DNA of 64,000 nucleotides from positions 296 to 64,295 of the forward strand of contig PMBT01000026.1 of NCBI GenBank assembly GCA_003153035.1. Reading direction: 5' to 3'. This document shows positions 25,623-34,120 of this stretch, piece after piece. The number at the start of each line of letters is the position of its first letter. Positions within the stretch are counted from its first letter, which is position 1. The translations under genes were made by a program, and so were the position numbers. A model generated the notes under the pieces. It saw only the letters and a list, made by a program, of their open reading frames with translations. It was not told the DNA's origin and did no database searches. This DNA is from Opitutia bacterium (GTDB taxonomy: Bacteria > Verrucomicrobiota > Verrucomicrobiia > Opitutales > Opitutaceae).

Positions 25623-25763
25623 AACCACGGAGGCACAGAGCGCACTGAGATCAATCGTTTGAAGTGACAGTCTCCGGATGCATCTCGATCAACCCGGATG
25701 CACCGCCCAGCGCCGTGCAGTACTCAGATCGATTTCCTCGGTGTCCTCTGTGCCTTGTGGTAG
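25623..25763. repeat. Imperfect inverted-repeat element (arms AACCACGGAGGCACAGAG / CTCTGTGCCTTGTGGT) enclosing a direct CCGGATGCA repeat
   Basis: The arms are at 25623-25640 and 25746-25761. Between them is TCCGGATGCATCTCGATCAACCCGGATGCAC. It lies in the convergent gap between the AraC and C-N hydrolase genes. A related CCGTG-rich hairpin is at 32108-32160. Confidence 0.5.
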
Positions 25764-25825
25764 AACAAATTCGCGGCCTGCGAGTCGGCCAGAGTCAGGC
25801 CCCAGCGCAAAGGTACCGCGCGGCC

Positions 25826-26980
25826 TTACGGAGCCGCCGGCGGGCCTCCCCGCGCCTTTTCCTGGAGCCGGCGTATCCGGTCCACGTTGGCGTCCGACTC
25901 AGTCAGTCCCAGGGTCCGGATCATCTGCGCAATCGGCGTGGCCGGATCGTTGGACCAAAAAATGCCCCCGTCCTCCGGGCGGTAGTAGTGAAAACCCACC
26001 TTGTCCCCGAATTTCCGCCTGAGCCCCTCGCCTTCCTCCAACACGGCCTCCCAGTGCAGAATCGCATACGACAGGTCGATCTGGTGAACCAGCACGTCTT
26101 CCTGGGTAATCTGCGCCTCGATCATGCCGAGCGGGTTGAAAACCGCGGCATGATCCCGGGGCGCCGCGCTCACGATGTAGTACCGGTGCAGCAGCGCGTA
26201 GAGGGAGGGATGCGCGGTCTCCGGCGAGGCCGATGGCAGCGCGACGATCTCAGCCCCCTTTCTGGCCAGCGCGTCCCAGCCATCGGCATAAAGCATATCA
26301 AAACAGATCTGGATTCCCACGCGCCCAAAATCGCACTCAAAGACCGGAAATTCCCGCCCCGGCGTCGTCCCGCCTTCCAACACATCGCTGCCTTGGGGGG
26401 CCACCGGATGGACCTTGCGGTAGATTCCCACCACACTCCCCTCGCGGTCCACCAGCATCGCGGTATTGCTGTAACGCAGGGGCGGGGCCGCCTCCCGCAG
26501 GAGCACCGGCACGATCAGGTAGCATCCATGCAGCTTGGCGCATGCCGCAATTCGGGGAAGCACTTCCTCCATCCGCACCACCTGCTGCGCCAGCGAGTCG
26601 CCCGGGCGGGCAAGAAAGGTCTCCGGGAGCACGACGAGGTCCAGCCGCGCGGCGGGAAAATTCACCCGCGCCCGCGCAGCCATCGCCTCAACCAGTTCGT
26701 CCATCCGCTGGAGCCGTTTCTCCAAGGGCTGCGTGAAGATCTCGTAGCCGCTGATCACTGTGCCGAGCAGGACCTTCCTGGGAAGTCCGGCGCGGCGCAA
26801 TGCGGCCGCCGGGCTTTCTGACCGCGCCAGTGGTTTGGATGCTGCCATTTGCGGACCGGCCGCGATTCCGCCGGCCCAGAATGCCAAGGTGGCGATGATC
26901 GTCAGGTGGCGCGCCCGGGCCCGCCCGCAATGTCGGGTGAAAAATCGGGCGCGAACGAAATTTCCGAAAAGAGTTTTCAT
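25826..26980 (-). CDS. Carbon-nitrogen hydrolase (nitrilase superfamily) with an N-terminal export/anchor segment
   Basis: Trimmed to ATG 26980 (MKTLFGNFVRARFF...RARARHLTIIATLAFWAGGIAAG). The E-K-C triad context is present: VVLPETF, YRKVHP and VGIQICFD. Confidence 0.85.
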   Translation of the reverse strand: MKTLFGNFVRARFFTRHCGRARARHLTIIATLAFWAGGIAAGPQMAASKPLARSESPAAALRRAGLPRKVLLGTVISGYEIFTQPLEKRLQRMDELVEAMAARARVNFPAARLDLVVLPETFLARPGDSLAQQVVRMEEVLPRIAACAKLHGCYLIVPVLLREAAPPLRYSNTAMLVDREGSVVGIYRKVHPVAPQGSDVLEGGTTPGREFPVFECDFGRVGIQICFDMLYADGWDALARKGAEIVALPSASPETAHPSLYALLHRYYIVSAAPRDHAAVFNPLGMIEAQITQEDVLVHQIDLSYAILHWEAVLEEGEGLRRKFGDKVGFHYYRPEDGGIFWSNDPATPIAQMIRTLGLTESDANVDRIRRLQEKARGGPPAAP

Positions 26981-27017
26981 TGTGGAGGGGAGTCGTAATT
27001 GAAGCCAATGCGATAAA

Positions 27018-27153
27018 GTAGAGATCCTTGGGGCAAGCTGCGAGGCGCTTGAGTGAGTTACTTCATGTCCCGCTCCATCCGTCGGCGGTTTCGTGGCACG
27101 GGTTTCCTGACCCGTGGTTCCGCTCCCCACGGGTCGGGAGACCCGTGCCACTG
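27018..27153 (-). repeat. Composite double-hairpin repeat, copy A (minus orientation)
   Basis: The reverse complement reads GTGGCACGGGTCTCCCGACCCGTGGGGAGCGGAACCACGGGTCAGGAAACCCGTGCCAC...GGGACATGAAG...CCTCGCAGCTTGCCCCAAGGATCTC. It aligns with copies at 48429-48560 and 52085-52210. It lies immediately 5' of the C-N hydrolase gene. Confidence 0.8.
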
Positions 27154-27185
27154 CGAGTGGTGTGCAATCATCCTCACGTAACCAG

Positions 27186-28610
27186 TCAGTGGATCAGCCG
27201 GGCCGGAAACTTCTCCGGCCAGGCGGCCTCGCCGGTAAAATCCCTGACCTCCAGGCCGGGACAATGCTCGGCGTCGAGCGCGTGGCGATAGTAGTCCGGG
27301 CGGTGTTCGCCCCACGTCACCTGGCAGTCGCGGATCGTCACCCCGGCGGCATTGCGCAGCAGGAATCCGCTGGTGGGCAGCGCCGGCATGGCCTCGCCGG
27401 GGCACGGACGGAAATCCTGCTGCCCGCCGGCGTAGGCCGTCGTCTTGTCGATCTGCACCGCGACATGATCAAAGGTGACGCCCGCGATCAGGCCGGGCGC
27501 GAATCCATAAACCACGATGCCGTTTTCGCCCCGGCACATGATGTTGCTGAACCGGATGTCGCGCACGGTGCCGGCCTGGGTGACCTCGTTCCACGGCGTG
27601 ACCACGACGTCGATGGGCGTGCCCCGGCCCCACCAGGCGGGATCGTAGAGCCGCGTTTCGATGCTCAGGTTGGAAAATGACACGCGCTCGATGCTGCCCT
27701 TCATGTTGAGACGGACCGAGACGCCGCGGTGACTGTCGCGGATCACGCAGGAGTCCACCACCACGTCGTGGATGGAGCCGACCACGTCGCTGCCCATCAC
27801 AATCGCGGAGGAGCGCGACATGAGCGTGCAGCCCGTGATGACTACATTGGCGCACGGCCGGGTGATGCCGGTGCTTTCGGGGGCCGTCTTGAGCGCAATG
27901 CAGTCGTCGCCCGAGACGATATTGCAGCCGCGAATGCGGACGCTGGACGACCAATCGATGTCCAGACCGTCGTTGTTGGGCATCAGGAGGCTGTTATCGA
28001 TGCGGAGATCTGCAATCAGGACGTCGTCGCAGCCCAGCACGCGCACGGTCCAGAAAGCTCCATTGCGGACCGTGACATCGCGCAAGGTGACGTGCCGACA
28101 GGCGCGGAACACGATTGTGTAGGGACGCTGGTCCTTGGCCCGGTCAATCTCCTGGCCGTGTTCGGCGACGTAGGCGGGGCTGTTGCCGTCGATGACGCCG
28201 GCGCCGGTGATCGCGACGTCCTCGGCTTCGTCCGCCAAGATCATCACGCCGATCAGCGGCGCCGCCTCCCCGGGATGCGTGGTGACCGGATAAGGCAGGG
28301 TGAGGGAAAAATCCCCGTGGCAGGGACTGGCCTGCAGGACGGCGCCGCGCTCGAGGTGGAGCGCCACGTGTGAGCGCAGGCGGATCGAGCCAACGGTCAC
28401 GTGCGTGCCGCCCGGCACGACCACCGAGCCGCCGCCGGCCCCGGCGCAAGCATCAATGGCCCGCTGGATGAGGGCCGTGTCCGCGGCGATTTCGCCGCGG
28501 AACTGACCGAACGATGAGACGTCAAATCGCGACGACGGAGCACTCATGGCGAGGCGGGGCAGACCCGCGAGAACAAGACCGGCTAGCAGGGCACACAATG
28601 CTACGCGCAT
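27186..28610 (-). CDS. Secreted glycoside hydrolase family 28 (polygalacturonase-like right-handed beta-helix)
   Basis: The signal peptide is MRVALCALLAGLVLAGLPRLAMSA. Pectate-lyase-fold motifs are NNDGLDIDWSS, VSGDDCIALKT and DSHRGVSVRL, with periodic beta-helix repeats. Confidence 0.85.
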   Translation of the reverse strand: MRVALCALLAGLVLAGLPRLAMSAPSSRFDVSSFGQFRGEIAADTALIQRAIDACAGAGGGSVVVPGGTHVTVGSIRLRSHVALHLERGAVLQASPCHGDFSLTLPYPVTTHPGEAAPLIGVMILADEAEDVAITGAGVIDGNSPAYVAEHGQEIDRAKDQRPYTIVFRACRHVTLRDVTVRNGAFWTVRVLGCDDVLIADLRIDNSLLMPNNDGLDIDWSSSVRIRGCNIVSGDDCIALKTAPESTGITRPCANVVITGCTLMSRSSAIVMGSDVVGSIHDVVVDSCVIRDSHRGVSVRLNMKGSIERVSFSNLSIETRLYDPAWWGRGTPIDVVVTPWNEVTQAGTVRDIRFSNIMCRGENGIVVYGFAPGLIAGVTFDHVAVQIDKTTAYAGGQQDFRPCPGEAMPALPTSGFLLRNAAGVTIRDCQVTWGEHRPDYYRHALDAEHCPGLEVRDFTGEAAWPEKFPARLIH

Positions 28611-28778
28611 GGGAAAACCATATCCAGGGAGGCGCCGCAGGCACGTCTAATCCCGTTGCGTGCGGACTGAGGGCATGGCTGGACCTTTCGCCAGCGCGAT
28701 GCTTGCCTCCAATCACCCCTTGCACCCGAATCGGATGCTCACAACGAGTCAACCCAACCCCAACATAAGAAAGCTCCG

Positions 28779-29108
28779 ATGATCAAATCCTGGAAGAACC
28801 CACTGCTCTGCCTCGCTCTGATCGTGATTCTCGTGGCATTGCTGATGCACACGACCGCCTTTGCCGGCGCACCGACCTTTGGCCGGGAGAAGTTGAAGGG
28901 CCAGACCACGGCCGAAGGGAACCTCGCGACCCAGCAGCAATACATTGCCGATGCTCAGAATCTAGCCTTTCAAGCGTGTGACAAAGTCGTCGCTGCTGAA
29001 AGGATCGGTAAAGGGGACGGCATGGGGCATGCGAGGAGGGCGGAGGAATTGCTGGTGAAGGTCCAGAACGAGTTGAAGCTCGCGGCGGAGGCTTCGATCC
29101 CGAAGTGA
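28779..29108 (+). CDS. Small secreted hypothetical protein (109 aa)
   Basis: The signal peptide is MIKSWKNPLLCLALIVILVALLMHTTAFA, followed by a helical mature part (GHARRAEELLVKVQNELKLAAEA). GC is lower than in surrounding genes. No family recognised. Confidence 0.55.
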   Translation: MIKSWKNPLLCLALIVILVALLMHTTAFAGAPTFGREKLKGQTTAEGNLATQQQYIADAQNLAFQACDKVVAAERIGKGDGMGHARRAEELLVKVQNELKLAAEASIPK

Positions 29109-29268
29109 ACCGCTCCGCTCGGCCAACCGGATCACGGTCACCCGCCCTTTCACGCTCACTCTCGCCGCGCCAGCGGGCCTGCCGCGCTGCCACCGAAAAA
29201 CTCCTCGCTGCCACTGTGGCCCGTTTTCATGCTGCGTAATCGGACTTATTCCGGCCTGATCCACCTAC

Positions 29269-29967
29269 ATGCCCGCCAATACTCTCACTCATTACGTGTT
29301 CGTGGACTTTGAGAATGTCCCGGAGGTCAATCTCGGGTTGATCGAGGGGAAGCCGGTCCAGGTCACACTACTGATCGGGAAGAACCAGAAGAAGCTCGAT
29401 CTGGCGCTCGTCCAGCAGATCCGTCGGCTGGCAAGCCAGGTCGAGTTGATCGAGGTGGGCGCCTCCGGGCACAACGCGCTCGACCTGACCCTGGCCTATT
29501 ACCTCGGGCAGGCCGTGCAGCGCTGCCCGGACGCGCATTTTCACATCGTCTCCAAGGACAAGGATTTCGAGCCAATGATTACGCATCTTTCCGACGAAGG
29601 CATTCCCGTGGATCGCTGCGACAGCTTCGCCGCCCGGCCGTTTCTGCCCAAACCGACCAAACCCCATCCGATCAAGGCCGCAGTTCCGACCAGGTCGGGC
29701 GCCCTGGCGAAGGCGGTGGTCCCGGTCAAGACCGGCGCACCGGACGTCCGGCTTGAGAAACTCATCGCGCGGCTCAAAGACAACTCAGCTCCGCGACCGA
29801 GAACGAAGTCCAGACTGCTGGCCCACATCAACACGGTCTTTGGCGGCCGGCTGACTGAGACGGAGCAGACCCAGAAACTGGCCGAGCTGATCAGCCGCGG
29901 CCTCCTCACCATCGACGCCAATGGCAAGGTCAGCTACGCGACGCCGCCGGGAACCCGGCGGCGTTGA
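29269..29967 (+). CDS. PIN/NYN-like nuclease-fold protein with basic linker and C-terminal helical domain
   Basis: The N-terminus HYVFVDFENVPEVN...ALDLTLAYYLGQ...HFHIVSKDKDFEPMITHL has the acidic-residue pattern of PIN-like/NYN (LabA-like) domains. A Pro/Lys-rich linker follows, then the C-terminal RLEKLIARLKDN...KLAELISRGLLTIDANGKVSY, which looks winged-helix-like. Family naming is by resemblance only. Confidence 0.7.
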   Translation: MPANTLTHYVFVDFENVPEVNLGLIEGKPVQVTLLIGKNQKKLDLALVQQIRRLASQVELIEVGASGHNALDLTLAYYLGQAVQRCPDAHFHIVSKDKDFEPMITHLSDEGIPVDRCDSFAARPFLPKPTKPHPIKAAVPTRSGALAKAVVPVKTGAPDVRLEKLIARLKDNSAPRPRTKSRLLAHINTVFGGRLTETEQTQKLAELISRGLLTIDANGKVSYATPPGTRRR

Positions 29968-30006
29968 TCCGGCCGATTGAGTGCCAGGTTGCGGCCGGAA
30001 TTGCCG

Positions 30007-30474
30007 TCAATGTTTCGCCACTTTGGTTACATGAGTGGCGATGGCCTTCCAGACGCCGTTGCGTTTCACAAAGACATCCGTGAACCGGTACTGTCCGCTG
30101 GAGTCCGCTCCCTTGTAAGTGCTCTTTTCCGTTTCGAGCCCGAACACCACGGCCGTGTCGCCGTCGACGTGCACGGTCAAGTTGTCAATCGTGAACGATT
30201 CAATGGCGACCACCCCGGCCTTCAGCTCGGCGTCGCATTGCGCCTTGTCGGCAATCCCCCCATCAGGGTCTGACATCATCCAGCTGGGAGAGACGATGCG
30301 GTCGACCGTCACGATATCGTGCTTCACCAGGGCGACCGCCCAGTCGTTCTCCAACTGGCTGAGAAGCTGTTCGTTGCCTCCACCCTGGGTTTTCGGTTCT
30401 TTGGCTGATGGTTCACCAAACGCTAGGGAAGTCGCGGCAACGGCCAGCATGACCATGGGAATAATTCGCTTCAT
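30007..30474 (-). CDS. Secreted SnoaL-like/NTF2-fold protein (DUF4440-like)
   Basis: Trimmed to ATG 30474: MKRIIPMVMLAVAATSLAFG (signal peptide). This is followed by LENDWAVALVKHDIVTVDRIVSPSWMMSDPDG...RFTDVFVKRNGVWKAIATHVT, the usual DUF4440 pattern. Confidence 0.75.
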   Translation of the reverse strand: MKRIIPMVMLAVAATSLAFGEPSAKEPKTQGGGNEQLLSQLENDWAVALVKHDIVTVDRIVSPSWMMSDPDGGIADKAQCDAELKAGVVAIESFTIDNLTVHVDGDTAVVFGLETEKSTYKGADSSGQYRFTDVFVKRNGVWKAIATHVTKVAKH

Positions 30475-30646
30475 CGGAGAGACTCCAGGACTTGGGGTTG
30501 ATGGGTGATCTGTTTTCACTCTTCCGCTCTCGGGTAACCAGAGGCGGGGTGCTTGTGACTGAGCGTAACCGCGTCCAGATAAATCGCAAACGCACCCCGC
30601 CTTTATGGCGTACCTCCAAACCCCGACACCCAGCCGGAACGATGCA

Positions 30647-30709
30647 GTGCAGGAAGCGAGCTTGCTCGCGATGGCAGAGGAGAAATCGCCTGCAAGCAGG
30701 CTTCCTACA
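30647..30709. repeat. REP-doublet (REPIN-like) copy 2: GTGCAGGAAGCGAGCTTGCTCGCGAT ... ATCGCCTGCAAGCAGGCTTCCTACA
   Basis: Inverted arms are separated by 12 nt in the 493-bp divergent intergenic region. It is the same family as 2040-2100 and 58426-58549. Confidence 0.8.
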
Positions 30710-30967
30710 TTGTTCACCGTATGATTCGTGTCGATACGAGGACGATAGTGGTTCGTTTGCATGGGTCCGGCTGAGATCCGTCGTCCTACGGGGCCACCGG
30801 ACAGGACAGGCCGCACATTTTTCGTTCTCGGGCTCTGCGACCTCCATTACCTCATGTAAACAGGACCGGCTGACTCCCGGTCCCGTGGCGGACCCGGCCA
30901 AAGCGGGCGTCACCAAAAAACCGCCACTCGACAACCAAGGGGCAGCCAGCAATCATCGGGACCTGTC

Positions 30968-32095
30968 GTGCCCGCGCCGATTGCCACCGCCCCGCCCGCC
31001 CCGCGCCTGCTCTCGCTTGATGCGCTGCGCGGCTTCGACATGTTGTGGATTATCGGGGCCGACGCCCTCGGCGGCGCGCTGGCCAACTTTCGCGGCGGCG
31101 CCCCGGCGCGCTTGCTGGCGGGGCAGTTGGATCACGTAAGCTGGGCCGGCTTTCATTTCTACGACCTGATTTTCCCGCTGTTCGTGTTCATGGTTGGCGC
31201 CGCCGTGCCGCTCTCGCTGGACAAACTCGTCGCCACCGGCGGCGGGAGTGCGGCGCTCCACCGGGTGCTGCGGCGTACGCTGCTGCTCTATGCGCTCGGA
31301 CTTTTCTACTACGGCGGCTTCGCCACGCCGCTCGCGGAAATCCGGCTGCTGGGCGTGCTGCAGCGCCTGGCCCTCTGTTATGGCGGGGTCAGCCTGCTCT
31401 ACCTTTATCTGCGGCCGCGCGGATTGGTGGCGACGGCGCTCCTGCTGCTGGCCGGCTACTGGGCGATGCTGACCTTCATCTCGGTGCCAGGATTCGGCGC
31501 GGGCGATTTCGCCGAGGGCCACAATCTCACCAACTGGCTCGACGCCCATTACCTGCCCCTGCGCAAGTGGGATGGGGATCACGATCCCGAGGGCCTGCTT
31601 AGCACCCTGCCGGCCCTTGCTTCGTGCATCCTGGGCGTGCTGGCCAGCCTGTGGCTCCGGGACTCTGCGCGCCGCCCGAAGACCCGCGGCTGGCTGCTCG
31701 TCGGCGCGGGTGTTGCCCTGTGCGCCGCTGGTTACCTGTGGGGCCTGCAGTTTCCCGTCATCAAGAAGCTCTGGACCTCGTCATTCGTCCTCGTCACCGG
31801 CGGCTGGAGCGCGGTGCTGCTCGGCGGGTTCTATCTGGTGCTCGACGTGTGGCAGGTGCGGGCCTGGGCTTGGCCGTTTGTGTGGGTCGGCTGCAACCCG
31901 CTGGCTATCTACCTTGCGAGCAACCTCGTGGATTTCGGCAAGATTTCCGAGCGCTTCGCCGGCGGCGACATTGCCGCCGCGCTCAACGCGCTCTGGCCCG
32001 GCCTGGGCGGCCTGGTGCTCGCGGTCACCGGCGCAGGATTGTGCTTCGGGATTTGCCGGTTCCTTTACCGCCGAAAGATCTTTTTGCGCATCTAG
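30968..32095 (+). CDS. Transmembrane acyltransferase-like protein (DUF5009/DUF1624, heparan-alpha-glucosaminide N-acetyltransferase-like)
   Basis: PRLLSLDALRGFDMLWIIGADAL..., DLIFPLFVFMVGAAVPLS, GVLQRLALCYG, DPEGLLSTLPA and FPVIKKLWTSSFVLVTGG match the HGSNAT-like bacterial family pattern. The GTG start is the only in-frame start before the conserved LDALRG. Confidence 0.82.
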   Translation: MPAPIATAPPAPRLLSLDALRGFDMLWIIGADALGGALANFRGGAPARLLAGQLDHVSWAGFHFYDLIFPLFVFMVGAAVPLSLDKLVATGGGSAALHRVLRRTLLLYALGLFYYGGFATPLAEIRLLGVLQRLALCYGGVSLLYLYLRPRGLVATALLLLAGYWAMLTFISVPGFGAGDFAEGHNLTNWLDAHYLPLRKWDGDHDPEGLLSTLPALASCILGVLASLWLRDSARRPKTRGWLLVGAGVALCAAGYLWGLQFPVIKKLWTSSFVLVTGGWSAVLLGGFYLVLDVWQVRAWAWPFVWVGCNPLAIYLASNLVDFGKISERFAGGDIAAALNALWPGLGGLVLAVTGAGLCFGICRFLYRRKIFLRI

Positions 32096-32107
32096 CAGGA
32101 GATCTCA

Positions 32108-32160
32108 ACACGGATAAAGGCAGTGTCTGCATCCGTGTCCATCCGTGTGCTCCGTGGTCA
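32108..32160. repeat. CCGTG-rich hairpin/tandem element (ACACGGAT...ATCCGTGTCCATCCGTGTGCTCCGTGGTC)
   Basis: The stem is ACACGGAT (32108-32115) paired with ATCCGTGT (32131-32138), followed by a tandem ATCCGTGT(C/G)C. It sits just after the acyltransferase stop. It shares CCGTG/CACGG-rich content and a similar motif (CTCCGTGG here, CCACGGAG on the other strand there) with the 25623-25763 element. Confidence 0.45.
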
Positions 32161-32237
32161 TTTGCGGCATCGACGACTTGGAAAAGCCCATCCATGCTGT
32201 AGCTTCAAGCGGCGGCCGAACTGGGGCCATTCTCGTC

Positions 32238-34043
32238 ATGAATAAAATCAGCTTGTTCGTTCTAATGAATACCGCGGCCTTCACCGTCCACGCCGCTCCG
32301 GTCCTGCCGGTTCCGTACGTGGTGGCGCCGGTCGCTCCGGAGGTCCTGCACCCTATTCAGCCGTCAGCGGTGAGAATCGAGGGGTGGCTCGGAGCGCGCA
32401 TTGACGCCAATGAACGCCATCGCCTGCTGGTGGTGGACACGGAGCCCTTGCTCGCCGGCTACCGGCAGAAGCCCGGAGAGCAGCCCTGGATCGGCGAACA
32501 CGTTGGCAAATGGCTGCATGCCGCCACCCTGGCCTGGGCCTATTCCAGCGATGAAGCGCTGCGCCGGAAACTCGATTCGGTGGCAGCGGCGCTCATTGCC
32601 ACGCAAGAGCCCGATGGCTACCTCGGAACGTACGCCCCCGGAAAACGGTTCGGCCTGTACGATGGCGCGGATTGGGATGTGTGGTCCCACAAATACAATT
32701 TGATCGGACTGTTAACCTACTACCGGTACACCGACAATCGGAGCGCGCTGGAGGCGTCCCGGAAGATCGGCGATCTGCTGATCGCAACTTTTCCGGCGAA
32801 AAAGAGCATTCTGGCCGCCGGCACGCACCTGGGCATGGCCGCGACCAGCACGCTCGGACCCGTGGTCGAGCTCTACCGGCTAACCGGCGACGCGCGGTAT
32901 CTCGAGTTCGCCCGCTACATCGTGCGGGCTTACGAGGAAACCGGGGGGCCGGATATCGTCCGCGCCCTGCTCGCTCCCGGCGGAAAGGTCGACCACATCG
33001 CCAACGGCAAAGCGTACGAAATGTTGTCCAATCTGGTCGGCCTCGGGGAGCTCTACCAGGTGACGGGCGACCCCCGCCTGTTGCGGGCCCTGGAAAATGC
33101 CTGGACCGACATCACCCAAAATCGCCTTTATCTGACCGGCACCGCCAGCATTCGCGAACTCTTCGGCGCCGATCATGAACTGCCGAACGGGGAGGAAGCC
33201 CACCTGGGGGAAACGTGCGTCACGGTAACCTGGCTGCAGTTCAACGCCCTCCTGCTGGCCCAGACCGGCGAGGCCAAATACGCCGACGAGATCGAGTGTT
33301 CCCTGTACAACCAGCTGACCGCTGCGCAGAATCCACGCGGTGACGATTGGTGCTACTACACCGCCCTGGAAGGGGCGAAGCACTACGACAGTGGCATCAG
33401 CTGCTGCCACTCCAGCGGACCGCGCGGCCTGGTGCTCGCGCCGACTCTCGCGTACCTGGAGGCCGGCGACGCAATCTACGTGAGCACGCTGGAGACGTCC
33501 CGGGCGCAATTCACTGTGGGTGGCCACCCTGTCGAGATCCGGCAGGAGAGCCAGTTTCCCTACGAGGGCAAATCCACGCTGACGGTCAAGACCTCCGGCC
33601 CGGCCCGTTTCACTCTCAAGATCCGGGTTCCGGCCTGGGCGGCGCCGCTTCGGGCCGGTGATATTTCGAGCTTGGCGGGGTGGCTCGCCCTCCCGGAACG
33701 CGAATGGCGGGACGGGGATCAGGTGACGCTCGTGTTCAATCTCAGCGGTCGCGTCATTCGCGGCGAATATACCAACCATGCCCGCGTGGCGTATGCCTGG
33801 GGGCCTTTCATTCTGGCCCTCGACCAGAAGCTAAATCCTGAGTTTGGCGGGCAGGACGCACCGCAGTTCATCCACGCTTTTGACGGCCAGCCCCCGACCT
33901 TGTTGCGGGACTCCAGCCGGCTCATCCTCCAGTCGACGGTCCGTGGGGAGTGGGACATCAATGCGCATCCGATCAAGCTGGTACCGTTTGCGGAAGCCGG
34001 GGTCGACGGCCAGCACTATGCAGTCTGGCTGCGCGCTCCCTAA
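32238..34043 (+). CDS. Glycoside hydrolase family 127 (beta-L-arabinofuranosidase-like, DUF1680)
   Basis: Trimmed to ATG 32238 (MNKISLFVLMNTAAFTVHA, signal peptide). GH127 hallmarks: EHVGKWLHA, GKAYEMLSNLVGLGELY, HLGETCVTVTW (E-x-C) and SGISCCHSSGPRG (Cys-Cys catalytic/Zn site). Confidence 0.88.
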   Translation: MNKISLFVLMNTAAFTVHAAPVLPVPYVVAPVAPEVLHPIQPSAVRIEGWLGARIDANERHRLLVVDTEPLLAGYRQKPGEQPWIGEHVGKWLHAATLAWAYSSDEALRRKLDSVAAALIATQEPDGYLGTYAPGKRFGLYDGADWDVWSHKYNLIGLLTYYRYTDNRSALEASRKIGDLLIATFPAKKSILAAGTHLGMAATSTLGPVVELYRLTGDARYLEFARYIVRAYEETGGPDIVRALLAPGGKVDHIANGKAYEMLSNLVGLGELYQVTGDPRLLRALENAWTDITQNRLYLTGTASIRELFGADHELPNGEEAHLGETCVTVTWLQFNALLLAQTGEAKYADEIECSLYNQLTAAQNPRGDDWCYYTALEGAKHYDSGISCCHSSGPRGLVLAPTLAYLEAGDAIYVSTLETSRAQFTVGGHPVEIRQESQFPYEGKSTLTVKTSGPARFTLKIRVPAWAAPLRAGDISSLAGWLALPEREWRDGDQVTLVFNLSGRVIRGEYTNHARVAYAWGPFILALDQKLNPEFGGQDAPQFIHAFDGQPPTLLRDSSRLILQSTVRGEWDINAHPIKLVPFAEAGVDGQHYAVWLRAP

Positions 34044-34120
34044 TGGAATCCTGCCCGCTGCGCCGCACCCTGCATTCCGCGACGCCTGTGATTTCAGGAC
34101 CGTTGGTTTTTCTTCCCGGC

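Noticed and set aside
28779-29967. Small ORF plus PIN-like protein as a VapBC-type toxin-antitoxin pair
   Set aside because: The upstream 109-aa product has a clear signal peptide. It is separated from the PIN-like gene by 160 nt and lacks any DNA-binding antitoxin fold features.
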